The notes: generated by a model from the letters alone, not told the origin. A DNA stretch of 64,000 nt from an uncultured Verrucomicrobiae bacterium (GCA_963788655.1 CAWBHS010000075.1:63760-127759), one strand, 5' to 3'. Counted from the first letter of the stretch, positions 10,113 through 21,151 are shown. Numbers and translations are program-made.

Positions 10113-11882
10113 TCAACGCCAATAGTAATGCCACGTATAACCCAATTCGGCTTCCTTACCGGCAGCGAGATCAAGTTTCCAGGTGATGCTGCCCACGCCA
10201 TTGACGTGATGCCACCACCAAGGCCAATTGAACCAGCTCCACCAGGACGGACCGTTGTCCTAGTTGCCGACCGGCAGATAATCGCGGCTCTCGAACACAT
10301 TACTCATCTGGACCGTGCCGTCGTGATCGGCGCTGTCCACGTGGCCCAGCACGTAGCGCGTGACTTCAAGCCGCACCGGTTGTGCGCGATGATTGGTCAC
10401 GCGCACCTCGCCGGTCAGGTCCACGCGCATGAATTGATCGCCGTTCTGTTGAAAGGCATTGGGGGTACGAGTGGTTTCGTTGTCGGTTTTCTTCACTTGA
10501 AGATCGACGGCGGTCGTCAGTGCCAAATCGCTGCGGGCGCCCACGGCGGTGTAGGTCATCATGCCCTGGGCGATCACCCGGCCCTGCCGCAGAATCAACG
10601 CCGGTGCCGTGGTGAAGGGGTAACTGCTCTTGTTCGTCAGGCGCGCTTGGTGCGTCACCTTGGGCGCGGAAAATAAGCGGGCCAATTCGGCCTGCTGCTG
10701 GTTGTTCAGATTCCGCGCCATTTCCGGCGGCGGCGCAAACGGCAGGTCCAACGCAAACACGTCTTCGTAAGGCACGGTGCATTCGGCAATGGGCAGCACC
10801 ATCCGCTCGCCTTGCTTCAAAGTGACGTGGCGCACAGTGAACACAAACAAGTCCTCGTTCCGGGCCGATTCGGGAAATTCCGGTCCCGCCCCGCCCCCGC
10901 CTTCACCACCGCCGCGAAAATCGCCCATGCGCGCCGTTTGAGTCATGATGGCATTGCTGAAATTGGACGCCAGTGCGCTCCGGCGATTTTGCCGGCCTCC
11001 GCCCTCCTGAAAGTAAGCGGATAACTGCGCCGCCATTTCCTGGAGCGCCATCGGGTCCAGGGTGTCTTTGAAATAGAACGTCGGCACGCCGATGACCAGT
11101 TGGAGCGTCACGTCTTCCAGGTCAGTCAATTCGTTCAATACCGTCGCCTGCAACCGAAGTTGCGCGTGGCCCTGGCCGTCCAACTCAACCTTGTAACTGG
11201 GAATCCACCGGAGGCCTTTCTGCAAATACATCAATCCCAAATCCGCCGTCGGTCCCGGCGCCTGCCCGCCCCCATTGAACTTCAGCGTCAAGAAATCCCG
11301 AAACTCTTCCTGCGCGGCTTTGGCGCGCGGGGGCTGCTTGAAGGTGACCTCCCGAATCTGCTCGAACGGAAGCGCCTTGATGCCTTCGGCGGTCTTCAGC
11401 AGCACCAGGTTACCCTGTTGCGGCAACTGCTCGGCGGCTCCCGGCGGGCTGGTGTCCAGCAACTCTTTGGAGCTTCGGGTGGGAAAGCCGAGGAGGGTGC
11501 AGGGATAAGCCAGGTTATTCGTTTCAGTGACGACGGCTTCCGCGCCTTCGTTGGCTTCCACCAACTCACGCAACGTGAGCGCAGTTCGCTCGACGGATAA
11601 TTTCTTTCGGCTGGCGACCACGGACACCAGCTTGGCTTTGGGCTCTTTGGAGTAAGCCCAAAATGTTCCGATGACCGGCCGGGGCAGATTGTCCATCAGG
11701 ATCTCGCCGGCCGCACTCATGGGCAAGCGACCCTCATGGAGCACAAACGCATGCCCGTCCTTGAACACCGTGACTTCCTTTACCGGCAGCCGGGAAACTG
11801 CCGCAGGCGACACAGGTTGATCGGCGGCCAAACCGGCAGTGGCTACCGCCAGCAACAGAGGCAACGAGATGTAAGTTTTCAT
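10113..11882 (-). CDS. Secreted DUF4139/DUF4140-like protein with in-frame TAG at 10260-10262
   Basis: Signal peptide, EVTVFKDGHAF, YLQKGLRWIPSY; the same frame continues past the TAG for 48 codons (...ITWKLDLAAGKEAELGYTWHYYWR*). Confidence 0.7.
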
Positions 11883-12245
11883 ACGCCACCGACCTTACCA
11901 CTGCGTGCCAGGGCTGTCTGTAAAGAGTGTGTAAAGGCGGGTGAGGATTGAAGAGTTTAAGCGCTGACGGTTTAGATTGGGCCCGGCGGTGGAATCGATT
12001 CCCACGGCCGCGCTCGAACCTTCTTGCCCGATGGCCGCGGATCCCTCCGTTCGCTCGGCCGGTAGGATGTTGGCGGCACATTGTTGTCGGCACCCTCCGG
12101 CTGGCATTGCCTGCCCGCACTACATGGGCAAAAAGGATTGCTGCCATCCGTGGCGGAAGGGTATCGTTGGTGGCATCACGGTGTTCGAGTTTCTTCTCCG
12201 AGCCATCGGTTGGCCTAACGAGCCCAAGCTCGATACCGAACCATC

Positions 12246-14459
12246 ATGCGGTTAGTCAACATATCCAACCGGCTGCCCTTCACGGTTACAGTGAAGGACG
12301 GCAAACTACGATTCAAAGACAGCCCCGGCGGCCTGACCACGGGGCTCTGGAGCTATTTGGAGCACGCCAAGCAGACGGGAGCCGGGCCGGTGGATTCGCT
12401 GTGGATCGGTTGGCCGGGTTCGACGATTGCCGAGGAATTCCACGAGAAGGTCAAGGCCCGCGCCCTCAAAGAGTACAAAGCCCATCCCGTCTTCCTTACC
12501 GAAGACGCGATGAACCGCTTCTACTTGGGGTTTTGTAACAAGACCATTTGGCCCTTGTTCCATTATTTCCCGACCTACGCCACCTACGAGGAGGAGAACT
12601 GGCAGGAATACCGCCAGGTTAATCAGGCTTTTTTCGAAGCGGTGCGCGATCAACTGCAGCCCGGCGACGTGGTGTGGGTCCACGATTATCAGCTCATGCT
12701 GCTGCCCAAGTTGATTCGCGAGCATTTTCCCACGCAATCCATTGGCTTCTTCCTGCACATCCCGTTTCCTTCGTTTGAAGTGTTCCGGGTGTTGCCCAGC
12801 GCCTGGCGGACCGAACTCCTCGAGGGTTTGCTGGGCGCCAGCGTGGTGGGCTTTCACACGCACGATTATACGCGTCATTTTCTGAGCTGCGTGCTGCGCA
12901 CCCTGGGCCGCGAGCATCACTTGGGACAAATCACCCTGCGCGAGCGCACCGTCAAAGCGGACACGTTCCCCATGGGCGTCAACTTCGACAAGTTTGATGA
13001 AACGGCCCGCTCGGCGGACGTCGAGGAGCGGTTGATCAAACTCAAAGACAAGTTCGCCGGGCGCAAACTCATTTTTTCCGCCGACCGGCTCGATTACACC
13101 AAAGGACTGATCAACCGGCTCAAGGGTTACGAACTGTTTCTCCAGCGGAATCGGTCCTGGCACGGCCAAGTCACCCTGGCCCTGGCCATCGCCCCGTCCC
13201 GCACCGGCGTGGAAACCTACCAGACCATGAAGCGCGAACTGGACGAATGGGTGGGCCGCATCCACGGCCAATATGGCAACATCCACTGGACGCCCATCAT
13301 CTACCAGTATCGGACGATGTCGTTCGCGCAATTGGTCTCGATGTATCGCTACTGCGACGTGGCGCTGGTGACGCCGCTGCGGGACGGGATGAACTTGGTG
13401 GCCAAGGAATTTCTCGCCACCCGCGTCGATCAAACCGGCGTGTTGATCCTCAGCGAGATGGCCGGCGCCTCGAAGGAAATGGGCGAAGCGCTGCTGATCA
13501 ATCCCTTCCATGAAACCGAAATTGCCGACGCGCTCGAACGCGCGCTGGCCATGCCGGAGGAGGAACAGAAGCGGCGCAATCAAATCATGCAGGACCGCTT
13601 GCGCCGCTACAACGTCGTCCGCTGGGCGGAGGATTTTATGAACGCGCTCCAGCGTACCGAAAAAAGCCAGATGGCGGCCCTGGCCAAATACTTTGGCGCG
13701 GCGGCCCAGCAAACCGCGCGCGCCGCCTACGCGCAGGCCAAACATCGGGCGATCCTGTTGGATTATGACGGAACCCTCATCTCGTTCGTTCAAGATCCGC
13801 AGAAGGCCGAGCCGGATGCGGAGCTGCTGCAACTGTTGACGTCGCTCGCCAACGATCCGGCCAACGAAGTGGTGATCATCAGCGGTCGGCCGCGGGCCGA
13901 TCTCGAACGCTGGCTGGGCAGACTGCCACTTCATTTCATTGCCGAACACGGCGTGTGGCTCAAACCTAAAGCCGGTGAATGGCGGCAATTGAAAATTCTA
14001 AGTTCGGAATGGAAGGACCAACTCCGCCCCATCCTGCAACTCTACGTGGATCGCCTGCCGGGGGCGTTGGTCGAGGAAAAAGAATATTCGCTGGTGTGGC
14101 ATTACCGGCGGGCCGATCCCGAGCAGGGTTCGCTGCGCGCCAAGGAATTGCTCGATGACCTGGCCGATTACACCCGCAACATTGATGTGCAGGTGATGGA
14201 AGGCAACAAGGTCATTGAAGTGCGCAGCGCCGGCGTGAACAAAGGCGCCGGCGCGCTCGCCTGGCTGGCCGAAGGCGACAATGATTTCCTGTTGGCAATC
14301 GGCGACGACTGGACGGACGAGGACATGTTTCGCGTGTTGCCCCAATCCGCGTATTCCATCCGGGTGGGTCTGGAGAACACCGTCGCCCGCTTCCGCCTCG
14401 CCAACGCTGGCGCCGTACGGCAAGTGTTGCGCGAGTTGGCGGCGGTGAGCGCGCCTTAA
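12246..14459 (+). CDS. otsAB: Bifunctional trehalose-6-phosphate synthase/phosphatase
   Basis: SNRLP, WVHDYQL, FFLHIPFP, DRLDYTKG, RDGMNLVAKE; HAD domain DYDGTL, GDDWTDEDMF. Confidence 0.95.
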   Translation: MRLVNISNRLPFTVTVKDGKLRFKDSPGGLTTGLWSYLEHAKQTGAGPVDSLWIGWPGSTIAEEFHEKVKARALKEYKAHPVFLTEDAMNRFYLGFCNKTIWPLFHYFPTYATYEEENWQEYRQVNQAFFEAVRDQLQPGDVVWVHDYQLMLLPKLIREHFPTQSIGFFLHIPFPSFEVFRVLPSAWRTELLEGLLGASVVGFHTHDYTRHFLSCVLRTLGREHHLGQITLRERTVKADTFPMGVNFDKFDETARSADVEERLIKLKDKFAGRKLIFSADRLDYTKGLINRLKGYELFLQRNRSWHGQVTLALAIAPSRTGVETYQTMKRELDEWVGRIHGQYGNIHWTPIIYQYRTMSFAQLVSMYRYCDVALVTPLRDGMNLVAKEFLATRVDQTGVLILSEMAGASKEMGEALLINPFHETEIADALERALAMPEEEQKRRNQIMQDRLRRYNVVRWAEDFMNALQRTEKSQMAALAKYFGAAAQQTARAAYAQAKHRAILLDYDGTLISFVQDPQKAEPDAELLQLLTSLANDPANEVVIISGRPRADLERWLGRLPLHFIAEHGVWLKPKAGEWRQLKILSSEWKDQLRPILQLYVDRLPGALVEEKEYSLVWHYRRADPEQGSLRAKELLDDLADYTRNIDVQVMEGNKVIEVRSAGVNKGAGALAWLAEGDNDFLLAIGDDWTDEDMFRVLPQSAYSIRVGLENTVARFRLANAGAVRQVLRELAAVSAP

Positions 14460-14551
14460 AGTTCGTTGGATAAAGTCGCCGGCAAAGTTCCCCACCAAGG
14501 CCGAAAGCCGGCAACGGGGACTGGCGCTAACCGCTCTAACACTTCAACTCT

Positions 14552-16638
14552 TCACTCACCCTTTGCTGCAACTGCCGGCCTAGCTTCCAGCACCCAAACC
14601 GCAAACGGCTTCAATCCAATTTCCAGCGGCGTTCCCGCCTGCACCGCGAGCGCGGGTTGGTCCGCGTCTTCGGCCCACGGACTTTTGAGCCCATAGCGCG
14701 TGGGAGCGCCGGCGGGCAGTTCGAAGGCCGTACCGACGTTCGAGCCGAAACGTTTGCTCGCGATCATCCGGATTGCGCAGCATCACGACGCCTTTGCGTG
14801 GGGACCAGGAGGCATAGCCATAAACTTCCAATCGCGCGGGATCGCCGCCGATCCAATGAGTATCGACGAGCACGTCGGCATTCGCGCGGGACCATTTCGC
14901 CGCCTCCGCCAGCACGCGCCAATCGTCGTCCGTCAGTTTGTCCGGTTGGATATAGAGTTCCTGCAAACCGGTGCCACTGCCGAAGAACGTGCGCACATCG
15001 TCTTTGAACCCGGAGGAATTGAAAGTCGGTTCGCCCGCCGATCCGTGCCGCGAATACGCGACCCCTTGGGTCATCAACGAGTTCAACGGGTAAAGCGGGC
15101 TCTGGCGGACGATGTTGCGATACACCTCCTGATCGCGGTACGTGAGCCATTGCTGTTGCTTCGGTCCTTTGCCGGCCAACCCCATGTCGCCGCCCTGCCG
15201 CCAAAGCGAGTCCGCGTAGCGCAGCCAGAACGGCGACGGCCAGGAGCCGGTGGTAAAATTGAGGTAGAGATTTGGATCGGCCTGCCGCAATTCGAGCATC
15301 AAACGGCGCAGTGCTTCCGTGTCGCGGAGGTAAGCGGCGCCGCCGCGCGCGTACATCCCCGCGGCAATGCCATCGAATTTGAAATGGTTCACGCCGTATT
15401 GGCGGATCAGGTTCAAGCACGACTGCTTAAACGCCGCGTAGTATTTGGGTCCCGCGAGTGAAAAGCCGGTACCGTTGACTTCAAATCCCTGTTCCCGCCC
15501 GAACTTAAGACGTTGCTTTTTGGGTTCACCGTAACCGCCAAACGGTGAAAGCCAGACGCCCAAACGGGTGTGATATTTCCGGCAAAGCTCGGCCAGCGGC
15601 GTAAAGCCCTGGGGAAACCCGCGGTGAAACTGCCACAGCGTTTGGGGATCATCCCACCCATCATCAAACACCATCGCGTCCATGACCACGCCGTAAGGTT
15701 TGAGGAACCGCTCGCCAAACAGCCGGATGGCTTCCAGGCAATTGGTTTCGTTCAAGGCAAAGGGCGACCAGGCGATGTCGTACCAGGAATTGTAATGAAG
15801 GAAAGGGCGATAAGGATGGGCGCGCTCTCGTTCCAGATAATAAAGAAAACCGCGGCGCATCTGGCCCGCTGGCGACAAGCCGATGACGAAGCTCTGCGTC
15901 AGTGATTCGCCAGCGCGGAGTGGTGCGTCACAGGGAACGCGACAGGAAATGCGACCGCGATTGACGGCCACAGAAGCCATGGGATCTTCCGCGCCGAAAA
16001 AGAAGTTGCCGGCGACAACTGGCACCCCGTCCACCTGTCCCATCGTCTGGGCACTTGGAATGGCTTCGTCCAACCAAACGATCTCTTTGAGTGGGCAAGC
16101 TTCTTCACTGGCCGCGGCAACCTGGAGTCTCCTGGCGAACGTAATTGGCGCCATCACGAAGGACGGCGCGCCAAAGCACGCGCAACCGTCCGTCGGGCGA
16201 ACGCAGGGGAACTTCAATCTGCCAGCCGGGAACTCGCCGCGCCAAACGCGATGCGGTCGCAACCGGGACCAATTCATTCACCCTCGGCTTGGTTTCGGGC
16301 ACGAGGGTGGACGCCGGATAGCGTTGCCCATTAGTGAGCACGAGCTGAAAGAGTTCGCCGGTGAAACCAAGCGTGCGGCCAGTTTGAACATCCCGCACCG
16401 ATGGGGCTTCGAGTCCGTGCGAGGTCAATGTCCAGGACACCGCAAAGGCAGCGTTGCTGGCAATTAAATTGGAACGAACGCACTGAATGCTCGCAGATCC
16501 TGGTAGAACACCTGGGTACCTCGGATTAAGCCCAAACCCTGCCGCCGTTGTGGATGCCTCCGTCAACCAGACGCTGGCAAGGGCGTAGAAGGTGAACAGA
16601 ATTGCGACGAAGCGAAGCCGTTTTTGGGTATCGATCAT
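14552..16638 (-). CDS. Secreted alpha-galactosidase-like TIM-barrel protein (GH36/'enterotoxin'-like), frameshifts near 16130 and 14745
   Basis: Three overlapping ORFs join into one protein; HYNSWYD, FDDGWDD, GVWLSPFGGY, HFKFDG. Confidence 0.75.
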
Positions 16639-16830
16639 GGCGTGAAGGTTATCGCTCCCGTGATCAAAGCGTCAACCCAGGCAGCAAGGAGCAAATACCG
16701 GAGGATTCTCGGTTGTTCCAAAAGTCAAGCTTGCGACCTTTGTTGGAAACGCTGTCAGTAACTTGGTGAGACTCACAACTTTCGCCGAACTTGGCGAACT
16801 CGATCCTTCTCCGATCTTCACGTCGCACGG

Positions 16831-16997
16831 CCCGCCGAACGTTTGGCCGCTTTGGAATTGAGCCGACAAATTGCTTATGGCTACGGCCCGACTGCCCGCC
16901 AACTTTCAAGATTATTTGAAGTTGTTGAATTCACACCGCGTTGAGTACCTGTTGATCGGCGGTTACGCAGTCTGTTACCACGGGTAGTACCGTGCGT
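16831..16997 (+). pseudogene. Remnant antitoxin plus nucleotidyltransferase (DUF6036-like) pair
   Basis: PAERLAALELSRQIAYGYGPTARQLSRLFEVVE* overlapping MATARLPANFQDYLKLLNSHRVEYLLIGGYAVCYHG*YRA (ATG 16877), then truncated. Confidence 0.75.
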
Positions 16998-17015
16998 TTG
17001 ATAGCCCATGCACTC

Positions 17016-18029
17016 TCATTCCCATGTCTCGAAATCGTGGCAGAGTTGCGGGTCAGACGAATACTCCGATGGCGGGTTTGCCTTGAGGTATAGTCTGGCG
17101 CGTTCAATGCCTTTGACAATTGTGTCAATAAGAATTTCCAGGTCCAGTTTTGCCCGGGTGGTGGCAGCCTGTGCATTGCCGGCAGCGCCGGCAAGAACAA
17201 GGAGCTTGTACGCTTCAACTTCGTCCTTACGTACGCCGCGACCATTGGAATAGAACATTGCCAGATTGAACTGAGCCGGGGGAAAATCTTTGGCGGCTGC
17301 TTTCTTCAGCAGCTCAATGCCCCGATTCAAGTCAGCAGGAACTTTGTCGCCATTAATGTACGCGACCGCAAGATCCGTCTCTGCCATTGGAACCCCGGCG
17401 GCGGCCGCTTCGCGCATCCATTTCAGCCACTCGTCCTTCGCTTTCGGTGCGGCGAAAGCGAGAACTTGCGTGAGCATGTATTTGCCCTCGCCCAAGCCCG
17501 CATCAGCGGCTTTCTTGAACCATTTGCTGGCTTCAACCGCAGAGGGCGGTTTCAACTGGAGACAGTAATGACCCAGGCGATAATATGCTGGAGCAAAACC
17601 AAGGTTAGCCGCCCGGCGGAACAAGTCCATGGCTCGATCCTGATCTTTCTCGACACCGTCTCCGTAGTAATAAAGTTCGCCAAGATTATAGACTGCATTG
17701 GCGTTGGTGTTTCCCGCCTTCAGGAACCACTCAACTGCTTTGCCTTTGTCCTGCGGAATGCCTTGGCCTTTAAGAGTCATCATGCCCAGCATGCGTGAGC
17801 ATTCTGATTCTCCACCTTTCGCTCCTCTGAGGAACAAGTCATGCGCCTGATCGAAGGCCTTCTTCCGATACTGTTCGAGCCCCAGACGATGGAAGGACGA
17901 TATTGATGAATTGACGTCACCCGATGACTGAGGCATCTCCGCTGAGAAAAGACGAGGAAAAGCAATTAAAACCAGCAGCGCAGCAAGGAAATTTGAACTG
18001 CTTGTTGCCATTTTGGATTTCATAAGCAA
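17016..18029 (-). CDS. Secreted Sel1-repeat protein
   Basis: Signal peptide; repeated A.YNLG..Y..G.GV.KD...A...F.KAA. Confidence 0.92.
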   Translation of the reverse strand: MLMKSKMATSSSNFLAALLVLIAFPRLFSAEMPQSSGDVNSSISSFHRLGLEQYRKKAFDQAHDLFLRGAKGGESECSRMLGMMTLKGQGIPQDKGKAVEWFLKAGNTNANAVYNLGELYYYGDGVEKDQDRAMDLFRRAANLGFAPAYYRLGHYCLQLKPPSAVEASKWFKKAADAGLGEGKYMLTQVLAFAAPKAKDEWLKWMREAAAAGVPMAETDLAVAYINGDKVPADLNRGIELLKKAAAKDFPPAQFNLAMFYSNGRGVRKDEVEAYKLLVLAGAAGNAQAATTRAKLDLEILIDTIVKGIERARLYLKANPPSEYSSDPQLCHDFETWE

Positions 18030-18037
18030 TAGGGAAT

Positions 18038-18529
18038 TTACAGACTCGCCCTCTCGCCGACATGAGCTGCCGGTCCGGCTTTGGATGTTCGGTGCTTGTT
18101 CGATGTCGTTATCCTTTTGGACTTATCAAAGTAATCCCGCGGGATCAGCACTTGCAATCCCTTTACCGCGCCGTTTTTGTTAATACGATGAAACCCGACT
18201 TGGTAAACCTGGCTGGTTTCAAACCGCCAGTGTGACTTCATCCCAAAGTCGGCTTCCGCATCATCAAGCTGGAAGCGGTCAATTGAGGGATCTCCCTTCA
18301 GCACCCGCACAATGCGGAACTTGGCCGTCCAGCGGACATGCACCACCGCTCCCCAACTCAAAGAGAATTGTCGTATGAAGATCCTTTGGTGTGCCTCGGT
18401 GCAAACCACATCAGCGACAACCGGAAAATATGCGCTCTGGCTCGTGTTGAGGGTGAATTTGTTTGCTGCGCACCCGCAAATTGCAACCAGGAATAAAATG
18501 GCAAACGTAACACGCATTGCGTCATTCAA
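18038..18529 (-). CDS. Hypothetical lipoprotein
   Basis: Hydrophobic N-terminus with lipobox-like ICGC; co-oriented, 8 bp from the Sel1 gene. Confidence 0.6.
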   Translation of the reverse strand: MNDAMRVTFAILFLVAICGCAANKFTLNTSQSAYFPVVADVVCTEAHQRIFIRQFSLSWGAVVHVRWTAKFRIVRVLKGDPSIDRFQLDDAEADFGMKSHWRFETSQVYQVGFHRINKNGAVKGLQVLIPRDYFDKSKRITTSNKHRTSKAGPAAHVGERASL

Positions 18530-18556
18530 AAAAACAATGGGACATTACTCTTTCTG

Positions 18557-18648
18557 ACTTTGAACCTGTCACTTTATGAAACCCAGAAACGCTGTCAATA
18601 ACTTTGAACCTGTCACTTTATTCACTTTATTTGAACCTGTCACTTTAT
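18557..18648. repeat. Three copies of TTTGAACCTGTCACTTTAT plus partial copies
   Basis: Copies within 18557-18577, 18601-18621, 18630-18648; inverted copy at 20415-20433. Confidence 0.9.
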
Positions 18649-18782
18649 TTATTTACCCAGAAGATTTCAGGCGGATCATAGTAGCTGGGACAGCAGCTTC
18701 AGACCCGCTTCCTGCGGCAGGCGGTTGCCCTTGAGCGGATTTACTTCGTTACTGGAGTATACTTATTATTACGCCGAACGTC

Positions 18783-18809
18783 TGAACTGGTTCTGATTTC
18801 TACCGATGA
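18783..18809 (+). promoter_or_regulatory. Sigma-28 (FliA)-like promoter
   Basis: TGAA-N15-ACCGATGA versus consensus TAAA-N15-GCCGATAA, 160 bp upstream of flagellin. Confidence 0.6.
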
Positions 18810-18969
18810 CCTCAACATGGCGGCTCCGGGAGCGACCTAGGAAACGGATTTTCTCCCCGACTGGATGTCCATTTGACGACCGGCTGTTTTGGTCTGTTGC
18901 GGCGAATGACAAGCAGGGATTGCCGCCGCAAACAGAATCCCGCAGACGGGATCACAGATCGAATGTACT

Positions 18970-20166
18970 ATGGTTGTTAATACGAATATCACGGCCCAGG
19001 GAGCCGCCCGCCTCCTGGGCGATGCGTCCCAGCGACTGGCCCAATCCCTGGCCCGGCTCTCTTCCGGCTCGAAGATTGTCTCCCCCGAAGACGATGCCGC
19101 GGGACTGGCAGTCTCAATGCGCTTTCAAGCACAGATCAATCGAACTTCAGCCTCGATGCACAATCTTGGCAATGCGATTTCATTCAACCAGACACAGGAT
19201 GGTTATATGCAAAAGATCGGCGCAGCGCTGGATCGGATGAGCGAATTGGCCATTCTGGCGCAGGATGTCACCAAAACCGATAACGATCGCGGGTTATGTA
19301 ATCAGGAATTCCAGACGCTGGCCGGTTATGTCACCGACGTGGTTGCCAAGGACTTCAATGGGGTGAGCCTGTTTAGCGGCAATGCGCTGAACGTGACCAG
19401 TAATGCCGACGGCGGCACGGTCGAGACGCAGGGCATCGAAGGAAACTACCTCGCCGGTGCAACGCAGCCTGGCGCGGCTGTGCCCGTTTCGGGAAGCAGC
19501 ACCATGGCGGAGTTGTTTCCGGGTTTCACAAGCGCTCATTTCGCGGCTGTCACGACCGGCCACACCACTGTTGGCTGGGCTGTTGCCGACACCTCCACTG
19601 TAAGTGATTTGGCATTTCGCCTGAATTATGTGTTGTCGCAGGCTGGCAATGGCAGCGCGACCTACGACGAACAGACGGGGCAGTTTTCTGTAACATTGGA
19701 TGCAGGCCAGGCCTTGGTGAGCGATAGCGATGACTTTGGTAATCCCGACGACATTTTAGCCGACCTCGGCTTTTCGCCAGCCGAACTGGACAACTCCGGC
19801 GGCAGTTCGCCAAAGACGGTCAGCGTGATGTTGACAACGTCCGGGCCTGACGTGCCCGTCGGCACGTCGGATATCAGCACACTCGAAGGGGCCAAAGACG
19901 CGCTGACGGCCATTAAGTCCGCCATCACACAATTGGCAGCCGACCGCGCCACCGTCGGCGCGAACATCGCGCGCCTGAGCCTAACTGCCGAACAATTGGG
20001 CACGCTCAAGGACAATCTCACCGCCGCCAACAGCCGCATCAAGGACGTGGACGTGGCCCAGGAGAGCACCGAATTCGCACGCTACAACATCCTGGTTCAG
20101 GCTGGCACCGCCATGTTGTCGCAGGCGAACACCGTCCCCCAGTCCGTCTTAAGGCTTCTGGGTTAA
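18970..20166 (+). CDS. fliC: Flagellin
   Basis: MVVNTN...RLSSGSKI...DDAAGLA N-domain; SRIKDVDVAQE...LSQANTVPQSVLRLLG C-domain. Confidence 0.97.
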   Translation: MVVNTNITAQGAARLLGDASQRLAQSLARLSSGSKIVSPEDDAAGLAVSMRFQAQINRTSASMHNLGNAISFNQTQDGYMQKIGAALDRMSELAILAQDVTKTDNDRGLCNQEFQTLAGYVTDVVAKDFNGVSLFSGNALNVTSNADGGTVETQGIEGNYLAGATQPGAAVPVSGSSTMAELFPGFTSAHFAAVTTGHTTVGWAVADTSTVSDLAFRLNYVLSQAGNGSATYDEQTGQFSVTLDAGQALVSDSDDFGNPDDILADLGFSPAELDNSGGSSPKTVSVMLTTSGPDVPVGTSDISTLEGAKDALTAIKSAITQLAADRATVGANIARLSLTAEQLGTLKDNLTAANSRIKDVDVAQESTEFARYNILVQAGTAMLSQANTVPQSVLRLLG

Positions 20167-20267
20167 AGCTGAACCGCGTGGTCACTGTTCTTGGCCGAGC
20201 CCAAACGTTACGGATGCTAAGCCGTATCAATTCAGTGGCTGATGCGGCGATGAGGCAGTTCGGCGTG

Positions 20268-20400
20268 GTAGGACAGGCGTCTCGCCTGTCTCGAATAGCC
20301 TATGGCATCCTCACCGTTTGGTGACATAGAAATACTCGCGGCGCCGTGATACAAGTCGTTGGTTTGCACTCGTTCGGGACAGGCGGGACGCCTGTCCTAC
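20268..20400. repeat. REP doublet family A
   Basis: 20268-20290 and inverted 20378-20400. Confidence 0.92.
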
Positions 20401-20552
20401 TGAATAGTCACGGCTAAGTGACAGGTTTAAAGTAACCCTTCCTTCGAGAACGGCCTTTACCCCGCAGCAGCAGAAGCGCAGTATGGCGCGGGCATTTGAG
20501 GGAGAAGTTGACAATCGAACATCCAGAAAACCTACGCAATCCGACAAGCATT

Positions 20553-20984
20553 ATGTTTAAACGAACGATTCTTGCCATCGTCGCTGTGTTCGTGGCGTGG
20601 CGGGTGATGGACTACCTGCTGCACAGCGTAATCCTCATGAAAACATACGAAGCCACGGCTCAAATGTGGCGGCCCATGGAAGAAATGAAAATGGGTCTGA
20701 TGCTCCTGGTGGGCTTGGTGGCCGCATCGGTGTTCGTGGGCATCTACACGATGTTGATTCGTCCGAAATCGCTGCTGACTGGCGTGATCTACGGCGGGCT
20801 CTTCGGCTTGGGCACTGGATTCTCGATGGGCTTTGGCACGTATTCCTACATGCCCATTCCGTTTCACCTGGCCTTCAGTTGGTTCCTCGGCTCGGTGGCG
20901 GAAGCGTTGGTGGCCGGTTTGCTGGTTGGGTGGATCATCAAAGGCCAAAGTGTGGTGCTGCCGACGGAGCCGGCCAAAGGCTGA
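20553..20984 (+). CDS. Small 4-TM membrane protein
   Basis: Four hydrophobic helices; ATG at 20553. Confidence 0.75.
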   Translation: MFKRTILAIVAVFVAWRVMDYLLHSVILMKTYEATAQMWRPMEEMKMGLMLLVGLVAASVFVGIYTMLIRPKSLLTGVIYGGLFGLGTGFSMGFGTYSYMPIPFHLAFSWFLGSVAEALVAGLLVGWIIKGQSVVLPTEPAKG

Positions 20985-21151
20985 GCTGAGGCAGCTCGAA
21001 CTCTGACGCGGCCAACGGGCGACCTCGCCAGTGGACATGGCGACTGGGATCGTCCCTGGATCGTGAGCCAATTGGATGTTCGTTCGTGGTTGGCGGGGCG
21101 CCAACCACTGCGCCCGGGGCGGGCGCGCTCCCCGGCCACTGAGTTCGCTAT

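Noticed and set aside
12306..13988. Long antisense ORFs (also 30176-31756, 55151-56371, 61511-62653)
   Set aside because: Shadow ORFs expected from high-GC codon bias opposite real genes
18557..18648. CRISPR mini-array (also considered for 24244-24510 and 49971-50025)
   Set aside because: Irregular spacing, short or palindromic units, no cas genes
18676..18735. Second flagellin C-terminal remnant on the minus strand (GNRLPQEAGLKLL)
   Set aside because: Similarity too short to distinguish from chance
19430..19870. Proteolytic flagellin (flagellinolysin)
   Set aside because: No HExxH motif, and the variable region is short
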